Shown piece by piece: positions 1 through 10,251 of a DNA stretch of 64,000 nt (positions are counted from its first letter, which is position 1; every line of letters begins with the position of its first letter). The notes beneath the pieces are model-generated. The model was not told the DNA's origin and did not search any database. It saw only the letters and a list, made by a program, of their open reading frames with translations. Source of the DNA: Akkermansia muciniphila (lineage in GTDB: Bacteria > Verrucomicrobiota > Verrucomicrobiia > Limisphaerales > UBA11320); NCBI GenBank assembly GCA_945861575.1, contig CAMAVD010000004.1, forward strand, positions 3,532 to 67,531, in the 5' to 3' direction. The translations under genes and the position numbers were made by a program.

Positions 1-1761
1 GAGCGAGTGGTGGATGAGCTTCTTTCCTCGCCGCACTACGGCGAGCGCTGGGCTCGCCACTGGCTCGATCTGGTGCGATTTGCCGAGAGCAATGGCTATG
101 AGCGCGATGGTGCCAAGCCACATGCATGGCGCTACCGGGACTACGTCATCGATGCGTTCAACCGCGACACGCCCTACGACCTGTTCATCAAGGAGCAGCT
201 GGCGGGCGATGAGATTGCTGACGAGATGCTGGCCTCTGGAAATCCCGTTGGGGATGCCTGGAAGCAGGCCGTGATTGCCACGGGCTTCTACCGGCTCCAT
301 GTCTGGGATGACGAGCCGGACGATACGCTGGCCGCTGAGTTCGACGATCTCGACGATATTCTGGTGACCACCAGCACCGCCTTCCTAGGCCTCACTCTCG
401 GTTGCGCACGCTGTCATGATCATAAGTACGACCCGCTGAGCCAGGTCGACTACTATTCCATGGTGGGATTTCTACGGAACGTCGAGCCGTATGGATTGCA
501 TCACACAGGGGGTGGAGGCCGCGGGAGCGGACGTATCACGCGTCTGCTGGCCACGCCGACCGAGGTGAGACGCTGGGAGACTGAAAAGAACGCCCGCATT
601 CAGGCGTTGGAAGCCCGTATGGCTAGGGCAGAGCCCAAGGATCGGAAGAGCCTCGATGATGAGCTCAAGCGGGAGCGCGAGACCACTCCTCCCTTCGACG
701 CAGCCCTCGCCATTGCCGAGCTCAACGGATCCCCAAAACCGACTCATGTAATGCTTCGAGGCCGCGTTGACAGCCCTGGGGAGGAGGTTCGCCCTAGTTT
801 CCCAGCCATCTTTGACCAGGTCCGGTCCCTGTCCGAGGTCAAAGAGACCGCTTCTCGGAGCATGAGCCGACGTCAGGCGCTGGCTCAGTGGATTGCCAGC
901 CCTGCCAATCCGCTTACGGCACGGGTGATCGTGAATCGTGTTTGGCAGCACTATTTTGGAGTGGGGCTGGTTCCCACCCCTGACGATTTCGGCCGCACCG
1001 GTCTCAAGCCGACCCATCCCGAATTGTTGGATTATCTTGCGGCGCGTCTTTTGGAAGAAGGCTGGAGCTTGAAGCGTCTGCACCGGGAGATTCTGCTGAG
1101 TGAGACCTACCAGCAGTCAACGGCCGCCACCCATCGAAAGGCCTTGGGGGTGGACGAGGGCAATCGACTCCTGTGGCGACAAAATTTACGACGGATGGAA
1201 TCTGAGGTGGTGCGCGACAGTTTCCTGGCTATCAGTGGGGTTTTGAATCGCACGCAGGGAGGGCCTAGCGTCTTCCCTACTCTACCCAAGGAGATCCACA
1301 TCACTCAGGATTCGGCGGGCAAGGGCTGGGGGGAGAGCAGCGCTGAGGAACAGAGCCGTCGCAGCATCTATCTGATGGTGAAACGTGCACTCAAGCTACC
1401 ACTCCTGGAGGCCTTTGACTTTGCGAACTGCACCTCATCTATGGGGCAGCGCCCGGTGACGACCACGGCACCGCAGGCATTGATGGCTTTGAACGATGGG
1501 TTTGCCCTGACACAAGCCGACGCTTTTACCACGCGCGTGGAACGTGAAGGGGGACCTTCGACCGACGGCCGAATCCGCAGGGCTTTTGCTCTGGCGTTTC
1601 AGCGACAGCCCTCGCGGACCGAGCTCCGCAGCGCACTGGCTTTACTGCGAGACCAGTCCACGCAAGGATCGTCAGACGGCGTGAAGGAACCTCAACGCAC
1701 GGCGCTGAGAAGTCTCTGCCTCTCGCTCCTCAATGCCAGCGAAACCGTTTACGCAGACTAG
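1..1761 (+). CDS. DUF1549/DUF1553 (PSD1) domain protein, 5'-truncated by window edge
   Basis: [38 protein letters not shown] (CxxCH), NPLTARVIVNRVWQHYFG and PTHPELLDYLA are hallmark PVC DUF1549/DUF1553 motifs; frame is open from position 1. Confidence 0.93.
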   Translation, partial: ERVVDELLSSPHYGERWARHWLDLVRFAESNGYERDGAKPHAWRYRDYVIDAFNRDTPYDLFIKEQLAGDEIADEMLASGNPVGDAWKQAVIATGFYRLHVWDDEPDDTLAAEFDDLDDILVTTSTAFLGLTLGCARCHDHKYDPLSQVDYYSMVGFLRNVEPYGLHHTGGGGRGSGRITRLLATPTEVRRWETEKNARIQALEARMARAEPKDRKSLDDELKRERETTPPFDAALAIAELNGSPKPTHVMLRGRVDSPGEEVRPSFPAIFDQVRSLSEVKETASRSMSRRQALAQWIASPANPLTARVIVNRVWQHYFGVGLVPTPDDFGRTGLKPTHPELLDYLAARLLEEGWSLKRLHREILLSETYQQSTAATHRKALGVDEGNRLLWRQNLRRMESEVVRDSFLAISGVLNRTQGGPSVFPTLPKEIHITQDSAGKGWGESSAEEQSRRSIYLMVKRALKLPLLEAFDFANCTSSMGQRPVTTTAPQALMALNDGFALTQADAFTTRVEREGGPSTDGRIRRAFALAFQRQPSRTELRSALALLRDQSTQGSSDGVKEPQRTALRSLCLSLLNASETVYAD

Positions 1762-1774
1762 ACGATTACACCTG

Positions 1775-3268
1775 ATGAGACCCGAAGAACATTCGTTTGA
1801 GCCCCGTCGGCAGTTTCTCTGGAACCTGGGTGCCGGATTTGCGGGTTTGGCCTTGTCTTCGGTCTTGGAGGGGGATGGCTTCTTTACCAAGTCCGCTGCG
1901 GCGGCTTCGGCTCCGAACCTGCGGGTGTCACAACTGCCCCAGCGTGTCACACGGGCCAAGTCCGTTATTTTTCTATTCATGTTCGGCGGGCCGTCGCAGG
2001 TGGATCTCTTTGACTACAAGCCTGAGCTGCAGAAGCGGGATGGGCAAACCATCCAGAATGAGTTCCGGCGCAACACCAAGACCAAGGCTGTCCTGCAGGC
2101 CAGCCGGCGTGTCTTCAGACAACATGGACAATCGGGCCAATGGTGCTCGGATGCCTTTCCTCACGTGTCGCGCCACATGGACAAGCTGGCGGTGGTGAAA
2201 TCGCTCTATAGCGATTCCTTCGCCCATGGCAGCGCGGTGCTGCAGATGAACAGCGGGCGTATTTTGCAGGGGCATCCGTCTATGGGGGCATGGCTTAGTT
2301 ATGGGTTGGGGACCTCCAATCAAAATCTTCCTGGTTACGTGGTCATGCTGGATCCGCGTGGCGGGCCTACGACCGGGGCCCCCAATTGGTCCAACGGCTA
2401 TATGCCTGCCGTACACCAGGGAACGGTCTTGCGCACTTCAGGCGACCCAATTTTGAATCTTCGTCCCCCGGAGGGAAAGAGCCGCGCGATGCAGCGTCGC
2501 GAGATCGACTTTATCAACGCTATCAACGCAGAACATCAGAGCGCACATCCGGGATATTCCGAGCTGCAGGCCCGGATCGCGAGCTACGAGCTCGCGTTTC
2601 GCCTTCAGGCCACCGCTCCGGAGGCGTTGGATTTATCGCAGGAAGACCCGCGAACGTTGGAGATGTACGGCATCAATGATCCCAAGCCCGATTGGCACCC
2701 CTTTGCGCAGGGGCCTGCTCCTTTTGGAAAGCAGTGTCTGATTGCTCGGCGACTTGTCGAGCGGGGGGTTCGTTTCATCCAACTCTACTCGGGTGGAGGT
2801 GGGGCTGGCGGACAGAACACCTGGGATGGGCATCACGGAATTGAGGAGAACCTTAAGATCCACTGCCCGGAGGTGGACAAGCCCATCGCTGCCCTGCTGG
2901 CCGATTTGGAGCAGCGAGGGCTGCTGGACGAGACATTGGTGGTCTGGGGCGGCGAGTTCGGTCGGATGCCGGTCTCTGAGACCTTCAATACCGGCGGCAA
3001 GCCCGGCGGCCGTGACCATAATCCGAAGGGATTTACCTACTGGCTGGCGGGTGGCGGCGTGAAAGGGGGGATCAGCTACGGAGAGACCGACGAGCTTGGG
3101 GAGGGGGCAGCCGTGAACCGCCACCACCTGCGAGACTTACACGCTACGATCCTGCATTTGATGGGGCTAGACCACACCCGACTCACCTATTTCTACGGCG
3201 GCCTGGAGAATAAGCTCACCGGGGTGCAGGAGGCGGAGGTCATGCGTGCCCTCTGCAGCGTGGGATAA
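1775..3268 (+). CDS. DUF1501 family protein (Tat-type signal)
   Basis: RRQFL twin-arginine leader, FLFMFGGPSQVDLFDYKP, WGGEFGRMP, GRDHNP; ATG 1775 chosen because it lies just after the upstream stop. Confidence 0.93.
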   Translation: MRPEEHSFEPRRQFLWNLGAGFAGLALSSVLEGDGFFTKSAAAASAPNLRVSQLPQRVTRAKSVIFLFMFGGPSQVDLFDYKPELQKRDGQTIQNEFRRNTKTKAVLQASRRVFRQHGQSGQWCSDAFPHVSRHMDKLAVVKSLYSDSFAHGSAVLQMNSGRILQGHPSMGAWLSYGLGTSNQNLPGYVVMLDPRGGPTTGAPNWSNGYMPAVHQGTVLRTSGDPILNLRPPEGKSRAMQRREIDFINAINAEHQSAHPGYSELQARIASYELAFRLQATAPEALDLSQEDPRTLEMYGINDPKPDWHPFAQGPAPFGKQCLIARRLVERGVRFIQLYSGGGGAGGQNTWDGHHGIEENLKIHCPEVDKPIAALLADLEQRGLLDETLVVWGGEFGRMPVSETFNTGGKPGGRDHNPKGFTYWLAGGGVKGGISYGETDELGEGAAVNRHHLRDLHATILHLMGLDHTRLTYFYGGLENKLTGVQEAEVMRALCSVG

Positions 3269-3315
3269 GGGGGGGTAAGCTTAGGGCAAGGTCTGCTTAT
3301 AGTTGGTCCACTAGG

Positions 3316-3344
3316 TTGACTGTCCTCGTCCGCGCCGATTACAT
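3316..3344 (+). promoter_or_regulatory. Putative sigma70-type promoter of sdhCAB
   Basis: TTGACT-N17-TTACAT upstream of sdhC; -10 is non-canonical. Confidence 0.35.
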
Positions 3345-3391
3345 AAGGGGTGAATGAGCCTTCGACCAAGGTTCGCGTTGACCGTCGATCC

Positions 3392-4111
3392 ATGAAAGTC
3401 ATCACCCGATTGTGGCGTTCGTCCTTGGGTAGAAAATTCCTCATGGCCCTGACCGGCATTGCCCTCTGGGGCTTTGTGGTGGGGCATCTGATTGGAAATC
3501 TACAGGTTTTTCTGGGCGCGGATAAGCTGAATGCCTACGCGGCTTTTCTGAAATCCCAGCCTGGACTGTTGTGGGGTGCGCGCCTGGGGCTGCTGGCTAT
3601 GGTAGGGCTACACGTGGCGTCTGCGATTTCCCTGTCAGCCCAGAATAAGGCGGCCCGGCCGGTTGACTACGGCAATGGCTTGCCGCCCCACGCCTCCAGC
3701 TATGCCTCCCGCACCATGCTGATGAGCGGTCTAATCGTAGCCTCCTTCATCCTCTATCACTTGCTGCACTACACCCTGCTCGTGCCGGCCGTGAACCTAT
3801 CGGGTGCCGACTTTGCTGGTTATTATCAGAAGCTGACCGATGGATCGGAGCGCCATGATGTCTACCGGATGCTGGTCATCGGATTCCGGCACCCGGTGGT
3901 GGCAGGATTCTACCTGCTTTCCATCGCGCTGCTTTGTCTGCACCTAAGCCACGGCTTGTCGGCGATGTTCCAATCCCTGGGCGTCACTCGCTTTACGCGT
4001 CTCGGAAGGGATCGCTTTGCTAAAATCGTGGGAATATTGATATTTGTTGGATATGCCTCCATACCGGCAGCTGTAGTTCTGGGTCTTATTGGGAAGGAGG
4101 TAGTTAAGTGA
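3392..4111 (+). CDS. sdhC: Succinate dehydrogenase cytochrome b subunit (single membrane anchor)
   Basis: [33 protein letters not shown], about 5 TM helices with His heme ligands; upstream of sdhA. Alternative GTG start at 3350. Confidence 0.93.
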   Translation: MKVITRLWRSSLGRKFLMALTGIALWGFVVGHLIGNLQVFLGADKLNAYAAFLKSQPGLLWGARLGLLAMVGLHVASAISLSAQNKAARPVDYGNGLPPHASSYASRTMLMSGLIVASFILYHLLHYTLLVPAVNLSGADFAGYYQKLTDGSERHDVYRMLVIGFRHPVVAGFYLLSIALLCLHLSHGLSAMFQSLGVTRFTRLGRDRFAKIVGILIFVGYASIPAAVVLGLIGKEVVK

Positions 4112-4112
4112 T

Positions 4113-6029
4113 ATGGCGACGCTAAATTCCAACCTACCTCCGGGGCCCCTGGGACAGAAGTGGGAAAAGCATAAGTTTAGCTCCAAGCTGATCAATCCCG
4201 CGAACAAGCGAAAGTTCAAGATCGTCGTGGTGGGCGCTGGTTTGGCGGGTGCCTCGACCTCTGCCACTTTGGCTGAGTTGGGTTATCAGGTGGAGAATTT
4301 CGTTTTCCACGACAGCCCACGGCGCGCCCATTCCATCGCAGCCCAGGGCGGCATCAACGCGGCTAAGAATTATCAGAACGACGGAGATAGCGTTCACCGG
4401 CTCTTTTACGACACGATCAAGGGAGGCGACTTCCGTGCGCGTGAGGCCAACGTCCATCGCCTGGCCGAGGTCAGTGTGAACATCATCGACCAATGCGCGG
4501 CGCAAGGCGTGCCTTTTGCCCGCGAGTACGGAGGTCTTTTGGATAACCGCAGCTTTGGCGGTGCCCAAGTCTCCCGTACCTTCTATGCGCGTGGTCAGAC
4601 GGGGCAGCAATTGCTCCTCGGTGCCTATTCCGCGCTGTCTCGCCAGATTGGTTTGGGAGCCGTCACATCCCATACCCATTCGGAGATGCTGGATCTGGTG
4701 GTGATCGACGGTCACGCCAAGGGTATTATTGTTCGGGATCTCAAGACCGGCGCGATCACACGCCATGTGGGCGATGCGGTCGTACTGGCCACGGGTGGAT
4801 ACGGGAATGTCTTCAATTTGTCCACCTACGCCCGAGGGTCGAACGTCACGGCGATCTGGCGCGCTTACAAGAGGGGCGCCTGCTTCGCGAACCCCTGTTA
4901 CACACAGATTCATCCGACGTGTATCCCGGTCACGGGGGACTACCAGTCCAAGCTCACTTTGATGTCCGAGTCTCTCCGCAACGATGGGCGCATCTGGGTG
5001 CCGAAGAAGCAGGGAGACAAGCGTGCGCCTCATCAGATTCCTGAAGCGGAGCGGGACTACTACCTGGAGCGCAAGTATCCAAGCTTCGGAAATCTGGCGC
5101 CGCGGGATATCGCATCGCGTGCTGCCAAGGAAGCCTGCGACGACGGACGTGGAGTTGGCGAGACGGGGTTGGGGGTCTATTTGGACTTCTCGGATGCGAT
5201 CCAGCGCTTGGGCGAGGGCAAGATACGCGAGCGTTACGGCAATCTCTTCGACATCTATAAAGAGATCACTGATGAGGATGCCTACAAGGCTCCGATGCGC
5301 ATTTATCCGGCGGTTCATTACACCATGGGCGGGCTTTGGGTGGACTACAACCTGATGAGCAACCTTCCTGGTCTCTTCGTGCTCGGCGAGGCGAATTTCT
5401 CCGATCACGGCGCCAACCGTTTGGGGGCATCGGCTCTCATGCAGGGCCTTGCAGATGGCTACTTCGTTCTGCCAGCCACCCTTGGCAATTATCTCGCGAC
5501 GCAGAAGCCCGATCAGCGCCCCAAGACCGACCATGCTTCCTTCCGCGATGCGGAGGCGAGTGTGCAGAGCACCAACCGGCGAATGCTGGCATCGAAGGGC
5601 TCACGGACGCCCGCCTCCTTTCACAAGGAGCTTGGTAAGATCCTCTGGGAGTATTGCGGTATGGCGCGTAGCGAGGCTGGGCTTAAGAAGGCCGTGCAAC
5701 TTCTGCAAGCACTTCGTGAGGAATATGTGGTGAACCTGAAGGTGCCGGGCGAAGAGGGAGGGCTGAATCAGTCCCTCGAGCAGGCAGGACGCGTCGCGGA
5801 TTTCATCGAGCTAGGCGAATTGATGTGCCTGGACGCGCTGACGCGCGAAGAGTCTTGTGGCGGGCATTTTCGGGTGGAGCATCAGGAGGAAGGCGAGTGC
5901 AAGCGCGACGATGAGAAGTTTGCGCATGTGGCGGCCTGGGAGTTCACCGGCGTGGGCAAGGCTCCGGTACGAAACGTCGAGCCACTGACCTACGAAGAGA
6001 TCAAGATGGCGACCCGCTCCTACAAGTGA
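4113..6029 (+). CDS. sdhA: Succinate dehydrogenase/fumarate reductase flavoprotein subunit
   Basis: GAGLAG FAD-binding motif, [14 protein letters not shown] covalent-FAD His motif, [17 protein letters not shown]. Confidence 0.97.
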   Translation: MATLNSNLPPGPLGQKWEKHKFSSKLINPANKRKFKIVVVGAGLAGASTSATLAELGYQVENFVFHDSPRRAHSIAAQGGINAAKNYQNDGDSVHRLFYDTIKGGDFRAREANVHRLAEVSVNIIDQCAAQGVPFAREYGGLLDNRSFGGAQVSRTFYARGQTGQQLLLGAYSALSRQIGLGAVTSHTHSEMLDLVVIDGHAKGIIVRDLKTGAITRHVGDAVVLATGGYGNVFNLSTYARGSNVTAIWRAYKRGACFANPCYTQIHPTCIPVTGDYQSKLTLMSESLRNDGRIWVPKKQGDKRAPHQIPEAERDYYLERKYPSFGNLAPRDIASRAAKEACDDGRGVGETGLGVYLDFSDAIQRLGEGKIRERYGNLFDIYKEITDEDAYKAPMRIYPAVHYTMGGLWVDYNLMSNLPGLFVLGEANFSDHGANRLGASALMQGLADGYFVLPATLGNYLATQKPDQRPKTDHASFRDAEASVQSTNRRMLASKGSRTPASFHKELGKILWEYCGMARSEAGLKKAVQLLQALREEYVVNLKVPGEEGGLNQSLEQAGRVADFIELGELMCLDALTREESCGGHFRVEHQEEGECKRDDEKFAHVAAWEFTGVGKAPVRNVEPLTYEEIKMATRSYK

Positions 6030-6071
6030 GTTGCAGGGCATCGAATCCTTTTCCACAGGAATATACAGAGC

Positions 6072-6842
6072 ATGAAAGTTAGGATTAAAGTTTGGCGGCA
6101 GAAGAACGCGGATTCCCAGGGTGCGTTCGAGACCTACGAGACCCCTACTCTCAACGCCAACATGTCTTTCCTGGAGATGCTCGACGTGGTGAACGAGGAT
6201 CTATCAATGAAGGGTCAGGAGCCGATCGCGTTCGATCATGACTGCCGTGAGGGGATCTGCGGCACCTGCTCGTTGGTGATCAATGGCAAGCCCCATGGTC
6301 CGCATCGCAAGGTGGCGACGTGCCAGACCTACATGCGGAGTTTCCAGGATGGCGAGACTATCGTGGTCGAACCTTTCCGCGCCAAGCCTTTCCCCCTGAT
6401 CAAGGATTTGGTGGTCAATCGCAAGTCCTTCGACCAGATCATCCAGGCCGGTGGGTTTATCAGCGTGCGGACCGGGAGTGCGCCGGACGCAAACTCGGTG
6501 CCGGTGCCGAAGATTAATTCGGATCTAGCGATGGACGCCGCCCAGTGCATCGGCTGTGGTGCCTGTGTCGCAGCCTGCAAGAATGCCAGCGCCATGCTGT
6601 TCGTTTCAGCGAAGGTTTCCCATCTGGGACTCCTGCCTCAAGGGCAGCCGGAGCGTGAGCGTCGCGTGCTAGCGATGGTGGGGACGATGGATGAACTAGG
6701 ATTCGGGAGTTGCACTGTCACGGGCTCCTGCGAGGCAGTTTGCCCCAAGGACATTAGCCTGGACTTTATCGCCCGTATGAACCGGGACTACGGCTATGCG
6801 CTCATCAAGGGCGAGCCACATCGCAACTCCGCCGAGGACTGA
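6072..6842 (+). CDS. sdhB: Succinate dehydrogenase iron-sulfur subunit
   Basis: [20 protein letters not shown] and [12 protein letters not shown] Fe-S motifs. Confidence 0.97.
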   Translation: MKVRIKVWRQKNADSQGAFETYETPTLNANMSFLEMLDVVNEDLSMKGQEPIAFDHDCREGICGTCSLVINGKPHGPHRKVATCQTYMRSFQDGETIVVEPFRAKPFPLIKDLVVNRKSFDQIIQAGGFISVRTGSAPDANSVPVPKINSDLAMDAAQCIGCGACVAACKNASAMLFVSAKVSHLGLLPQGQPERERRVLAMVGTMDELGFGSCTVTGSCEAVCPKDISLDFIARMNRDYGYALIKGEPHRNSAED

Positions 6843-7035
6843 GGGTTGGCCGCGCGGGATGGCACACCTTCTCGTGTGCATGCATTAACCTTGAAGCGGG
6901 AATGGACTCGCTGCCAGCAAGGTTGGAAAGGGTTCGTACGCGGGTGGATGAGAGCGATATAGGAGCAGGCTTCAGCTTACTGAAAAGGTGAGGTGTCCGT
7001 TCTCCTTTTTAGGATAAGCGGAGGCCGCTCTGTCT

Positions 7036-8646
7036 CTATCCCGCTGTGAGTGCAGCGCGAGCGTCGTTGGCGGCTCCGGTCTTTTCAAGGAAGTAATCGT
7101 ATCCCCCGACGTAGGGAATCACTTGGCCGGCGTTCACATGCAGAACCTTCGTGGCCAGATGGCGAATGAAGTGAACATCATGGGAGATGAAGACCAAGGT
7201 GCCTTCATACCGCTCCAGCGCGAGGGTGAGCGACTCGACGGTATGGATGTCCAAATGGGTCGTGGGCTCGTCCATGAGCAGCAGGTTCGGCGGATCCACC
7301 AGAAACTTCACCAGGTTCAAACGGCTCTTCTCGCCTCCGCTCAACACAGCCGTTTTCTTGATGATGTCATCTTTGCGGAACATGAAGGATCCCAGCACGC
7401 CTCGCACCTCCTCCTCTCGGAGCCCCCCTGCGCTGGACAAGGCCTCTTCTAAGACCGTCTTTTCTGCGTCGAGGGTGTCGGCCCGATGCTGGCTGAAGTA
7501 CCCGAGCTTTGCGGCATGCCCCAGCTTCCTCTCGCCCTTCTGAAATTCGACCATGCCCGCCAGAATTTTGAGCAAGGTGGATTTCCCGGCCCCATTGGGC
7601 CCGACGAGCACCGTACGCTCGGAGCGCTCGATCAGCAGATCCAGGCCGCTATAAACTTGGTTGGTTCCATAGGCCATATGGATTCCCTCTAGGGTGACTG
7701 CTCGCTGCCCGCCTCGGGGTGGCTGCGGAATTTGGAAGCGGAAGGGCTTCCGCGGGGCCATTGGCTTCTCAATCAATTCCATCCGCTCGATCTGCTTGAG
7801 CTTGCTCATCGCCTGCGATGCTTTGGAGGGGATTGCACGGAATCGGTCGGCAAACTCCTGCAATGCCTGGATTTCCTTCTGCTGATTCTTGTAGGAAGTC
7901 AGGCGCTGCTCGTAGCGCTCTTCGCGCTGTACGAGGTAGTCGGAGTAGTTGCCGGTGTATCCGATCAGTTTCTTTTCGGAGATCTCATGCACTTGGCTGA
8001 CCACCTCATCCATGAATTGACGATCATGCGAGATCAGCAGCAGGGCTCCGGAGTAGTTTTTGAGATAGTTCTGGAGCCAGAGCAGCGAGAGGAGGTCGAG
8101 ATGGTTGGTGGGCTCATCCAGCAGGAGAAGGTCGGGCTCCATCACGAGCAGGCGGGCGAGGCGCGCGCGCATGATCCAGCCCCCGCTCATCTCCTTGGCT
8201 TTGCGATCGAAGTCGGTCTCGCGATAGCCGAGGCCGCGCAGCATTTTCTTGGCCTTTGTTTCAACCTGAGGATCGCTCAATGCGCCGTGTTTAGCGTGTG
8301 CCTCCAGATACTCGGGGCTGGCTACATCCCCGGCGGACTCCAGCTCGTGAAGCCGTTTCTCTAGGCGAGGCAACTCATCGACGCGGCCTGTGGCCACGTC
8401 CAGGATCGTTTCCTCCCCATGGGCCTCACCTTCCTGAGGGAGGTAACCGACCATCGTCCACTCGTCACGCTGCACCGCTCCGGAGTCCGGGGTCTTGTGG
8501 CCAAGGATGATCGAAAGAAGCGTGGTCTTGCCGGCACCGTTGGGGCCAACCAGGGCGACTCGATCACCGTAATTCACGTCGAACGACGCGTTCTCAAAGA
8601 GAACACGTCCGCCCAAGGTCATCTTTAACTCTCGAATTGTGAGCAT
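7036..8646 (-). CDS. ABC-F family ATPase (two NBDs, no TM domain)
   Basis: Two Walker A (GPNGAGKT/S), SGGW/SGGE signatures, two DEPT motifs, YTGNYSDY linker; start taken at MLTIRE. Confidence 0.93.
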   Translation of the reverse strand: MLTIRELKMTLGGRVLFENASFDVNYGDRVALVGPNGAGKTTLLSIILGHKTPDSGAVQRDEWTMVGYLPQEGEAHGEETILDVATGRVDELPRLEKRLHELESAGDVASPEYLEAHAKHGALSDPQVETKAKKMLRGLGYRETDFDRKAKEMSGGWIMRARLARLLVMEPDLLLLDEPTNHLDLLSLLWLQNYLKNYSGALLLISHDRQFMDEVVSQVHEISEKKLIGYTGNYSDYLVQREERYEQRLTSYKNQQKEIQALQEFADRFRAIPSKASQAMSKLKQIERMELIEKPMAPRKPFRFQIPQPPRGGQRAVTLEGIHMAYGTNQVYSGLDLLIERSERTVLVGPNGAGKSTLLKILAGMVEFQKGERKLGHAAKLGYFSQHRADTLDAEKTVLEEALSSAGGLREEEVRGVLGSFMFRKDDIIKKTAVLSGGEKSRLNLVKFLVDPPNLLLMDEPTTHLDIHTVESLTLALERYEGTLVFISHDVHFIRHLATKVLHVNAGQVIPYVGGYDYFLEKTGAANDARAALTAG

Positions 8647-8697
8647 GGAATTGTGAGGTCTGTGCCTGGGGACCGGCACCAAACCGAAGAAAGGGAG

Positions 8698-8725
8698 AGA
8701 CTATGCATAGAAACCCCGCCGTCAA
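8698..8725 (-). promoter_or_regulatory. Putative sigma70-type promoter of the ABC-F gene
   Basis: Minus strand TTGACG-N16-TAGTCT about 50 nt upstream of the ATG. Confidence 0.5.
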
Positions 8726-8735
8726 TGGCTCACTT

Positions 8736-10241
8736 TCAAACACCGGGGCTCAGGACTGGTCTCAGGACCTCGCCGTGGACATCGGTGAGCCGCCGTTCTA
8801 TCCCGTTGTGGTAGAAGCTGAGGCGCTCGTGGTCGAGTCCGAGAATGTGCAGAATGGTGGCATGAAAATCGTAGACGGTGGCGATGTCTTCAGCTGCTTT
8901 GTAGCCAAATTCATCGGTGGCGCCGTAGCTGAAGGGAGCCTTCACTCCTGCACCCGCGAGCCAGGCGGTAAACCCAGCGGGATTGTGGTCACGTCCGCTG
9001 GCTCCCGCCTGGAAGGTGGGCATGCGTCCGAACTCTGTGCACCAGACTACCAAGGTGTCCTTGAGCAGCCCGCGCTCCTTGAGATCCGTCAGCAGCGCAG
9101 CGGTGGGCTGATCCAGCACTTCGCCATGGACGGTATACTGGTCCTTCAGCACCTTGTGACCATCCCAATTGCTCGTCCCTTCCCCGCCGACCTGGTAGGC
9201 TCCGTTTAAGAGTTGGACGAAGCGCACTCCTTTTTCGATGAGCCGCCGTGCAAGAATGCAGTTTCGGGCGTAGCCCGCTTTCACCTCCTGGGTGCGATTC
9301 CCGGTGGCGTCGGCCCCATACTGTTTGAGCACATGGGCTGGCTCGGTGGAGATATCGCAGACCTCAGGTACTGACAGTTGCATCCGTGCTGCCAGCTCGT
9401 AACTGGAAATCCGAGCAGCAAGCTCCGTGTCTCCCGGGTAGCCGCCGAGATGATGCTGGTTGAGCCGGGCGATGAATTCCCGCGTCGCTCGGTCTCGAGC
9501 GGGGCTGATCCCTTGCGGACGGGACAGGTTGCGCAGGGGTTTGATGGCGTTGAAGTCTGTCCCCTGGAACGCGGCCGGGAGAAAGCCGGGGTTCCAGCAG
9601 TTGCCGGCGGACTGAGGTGCGCCTCGGGGATCGGGAATCGCGACGTAGGCCGGTAGGTTGTCGTTGACGCTGCCTAGGGCATAGGTGGTCCAAGCTCCCA
9701 CGCTAGGAAAGCCATCCAGCGTGAAGCCCGTGTTCATGAAGTTTTCGCCCGGACCATGGGTGTTGGTTTTTCCCTTGAGGGAATGGACGAAGCACATTTC
9801 ATCGGCCAGGTCGCCCAGGCGCGGGACGAGTTCCGAAATCATCTTGCCCGACTTCCCTCGAGCGCGGAACTCCCATGGGCTCTTATTGAGCGCTCCCTGA
9901 CCTCCCTGGAAGGTAACCAGCTTGTCCCCTCCTGGCATTGGCTGGCCGTGTCGCTTGATGAGCTCCGGCTTGTAGTCAAAGGTGTCAAGGTGGCTGCAGC
10001 CGCCGGCCGAGAAGATCATGAGCACCTGCTTGGCCCGTGGGGCAAAGTGGGGTTCTCGCACCGCGTTCGGATTCGCAGCGTCGATTTTCGGGCGTGCGGG
10101 CTGCTTCCCGCTGAGTTCTGCGGCCAGGAGCCCATCACGACCCAGCAGTTGGGCGAGGGCCATGCCGCTCAGGGCGGTCGCGCTATGGCTGAGAAAACCT
10201 CGTCGGTTCAGAAAGGGATGCGGGGCGGGGGGTAGTGCCAT
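8736..10241 (-). CDS. DUF1501 family protein (Tat-type signal)
   Basis: NRRGFL leader, [36 protein letters not shown]. Confidence 0.93.
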   Translation of the reverse strand: MALPPAPHPFLNRRGFLSHSATALSGMALAQLLGRDGLLAAELSGKQPARPKIDAANPNAVREPHFAPRAKQVLMIFSAGGCSHLDTFDYKPELIKRHGQPMPGGDKLVTFQGGQGALNKSPWEFRARGKSGKMISELVPRLGDLADEMCFVHSLKGKTNTHGPGENFMNTGFTLDGFPSVGAWTTYALGSVNDNLPAYVAIPDPRGAPQSAGNCWNPGFLPAAFQGTDFNAIKPLRNLSRPQGISPARDRATREFIARLNQHHLGGYPGDTELAARISSYELAARMQLSVPEVCDISTEPAHVLKQYGADATGNRTQEVKAGYARNCILARRLIEKGVRFVQLLNGAYQVGGEGTSNWDGHKVLKDQYTVHGEVLDQPTAALLTDLKERGLLKDTLVVWCTEFGRMPTFQAGASGRDHNPAGFTAWLAGAGVKAPFSYGATDEFGYKAAEDIATVYDFHATILHILGLDHERLSFYHNGIERRLTDVHGEVLRPVLSPGV

Positions 10242-10251
10242 AGGGATATCC

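Noticed and set aside
4134-5534. 466-aa antisense ORF over sdhA (likewise 11887-13206, 16464-17750, 30273-31628, 35917-37086)
   Set aside because: Shadow ORFs opposite well-supported genes, expected from GC-rich codon bias; no recognisable motifs
6843-7035. TGGCAC and GCACAC-N6-GTGTGC inverted repeat after sdhB
   Set aside because: Lies between convergent genes, lacks the sigma54 -12 TTGC, and is too short to be significant
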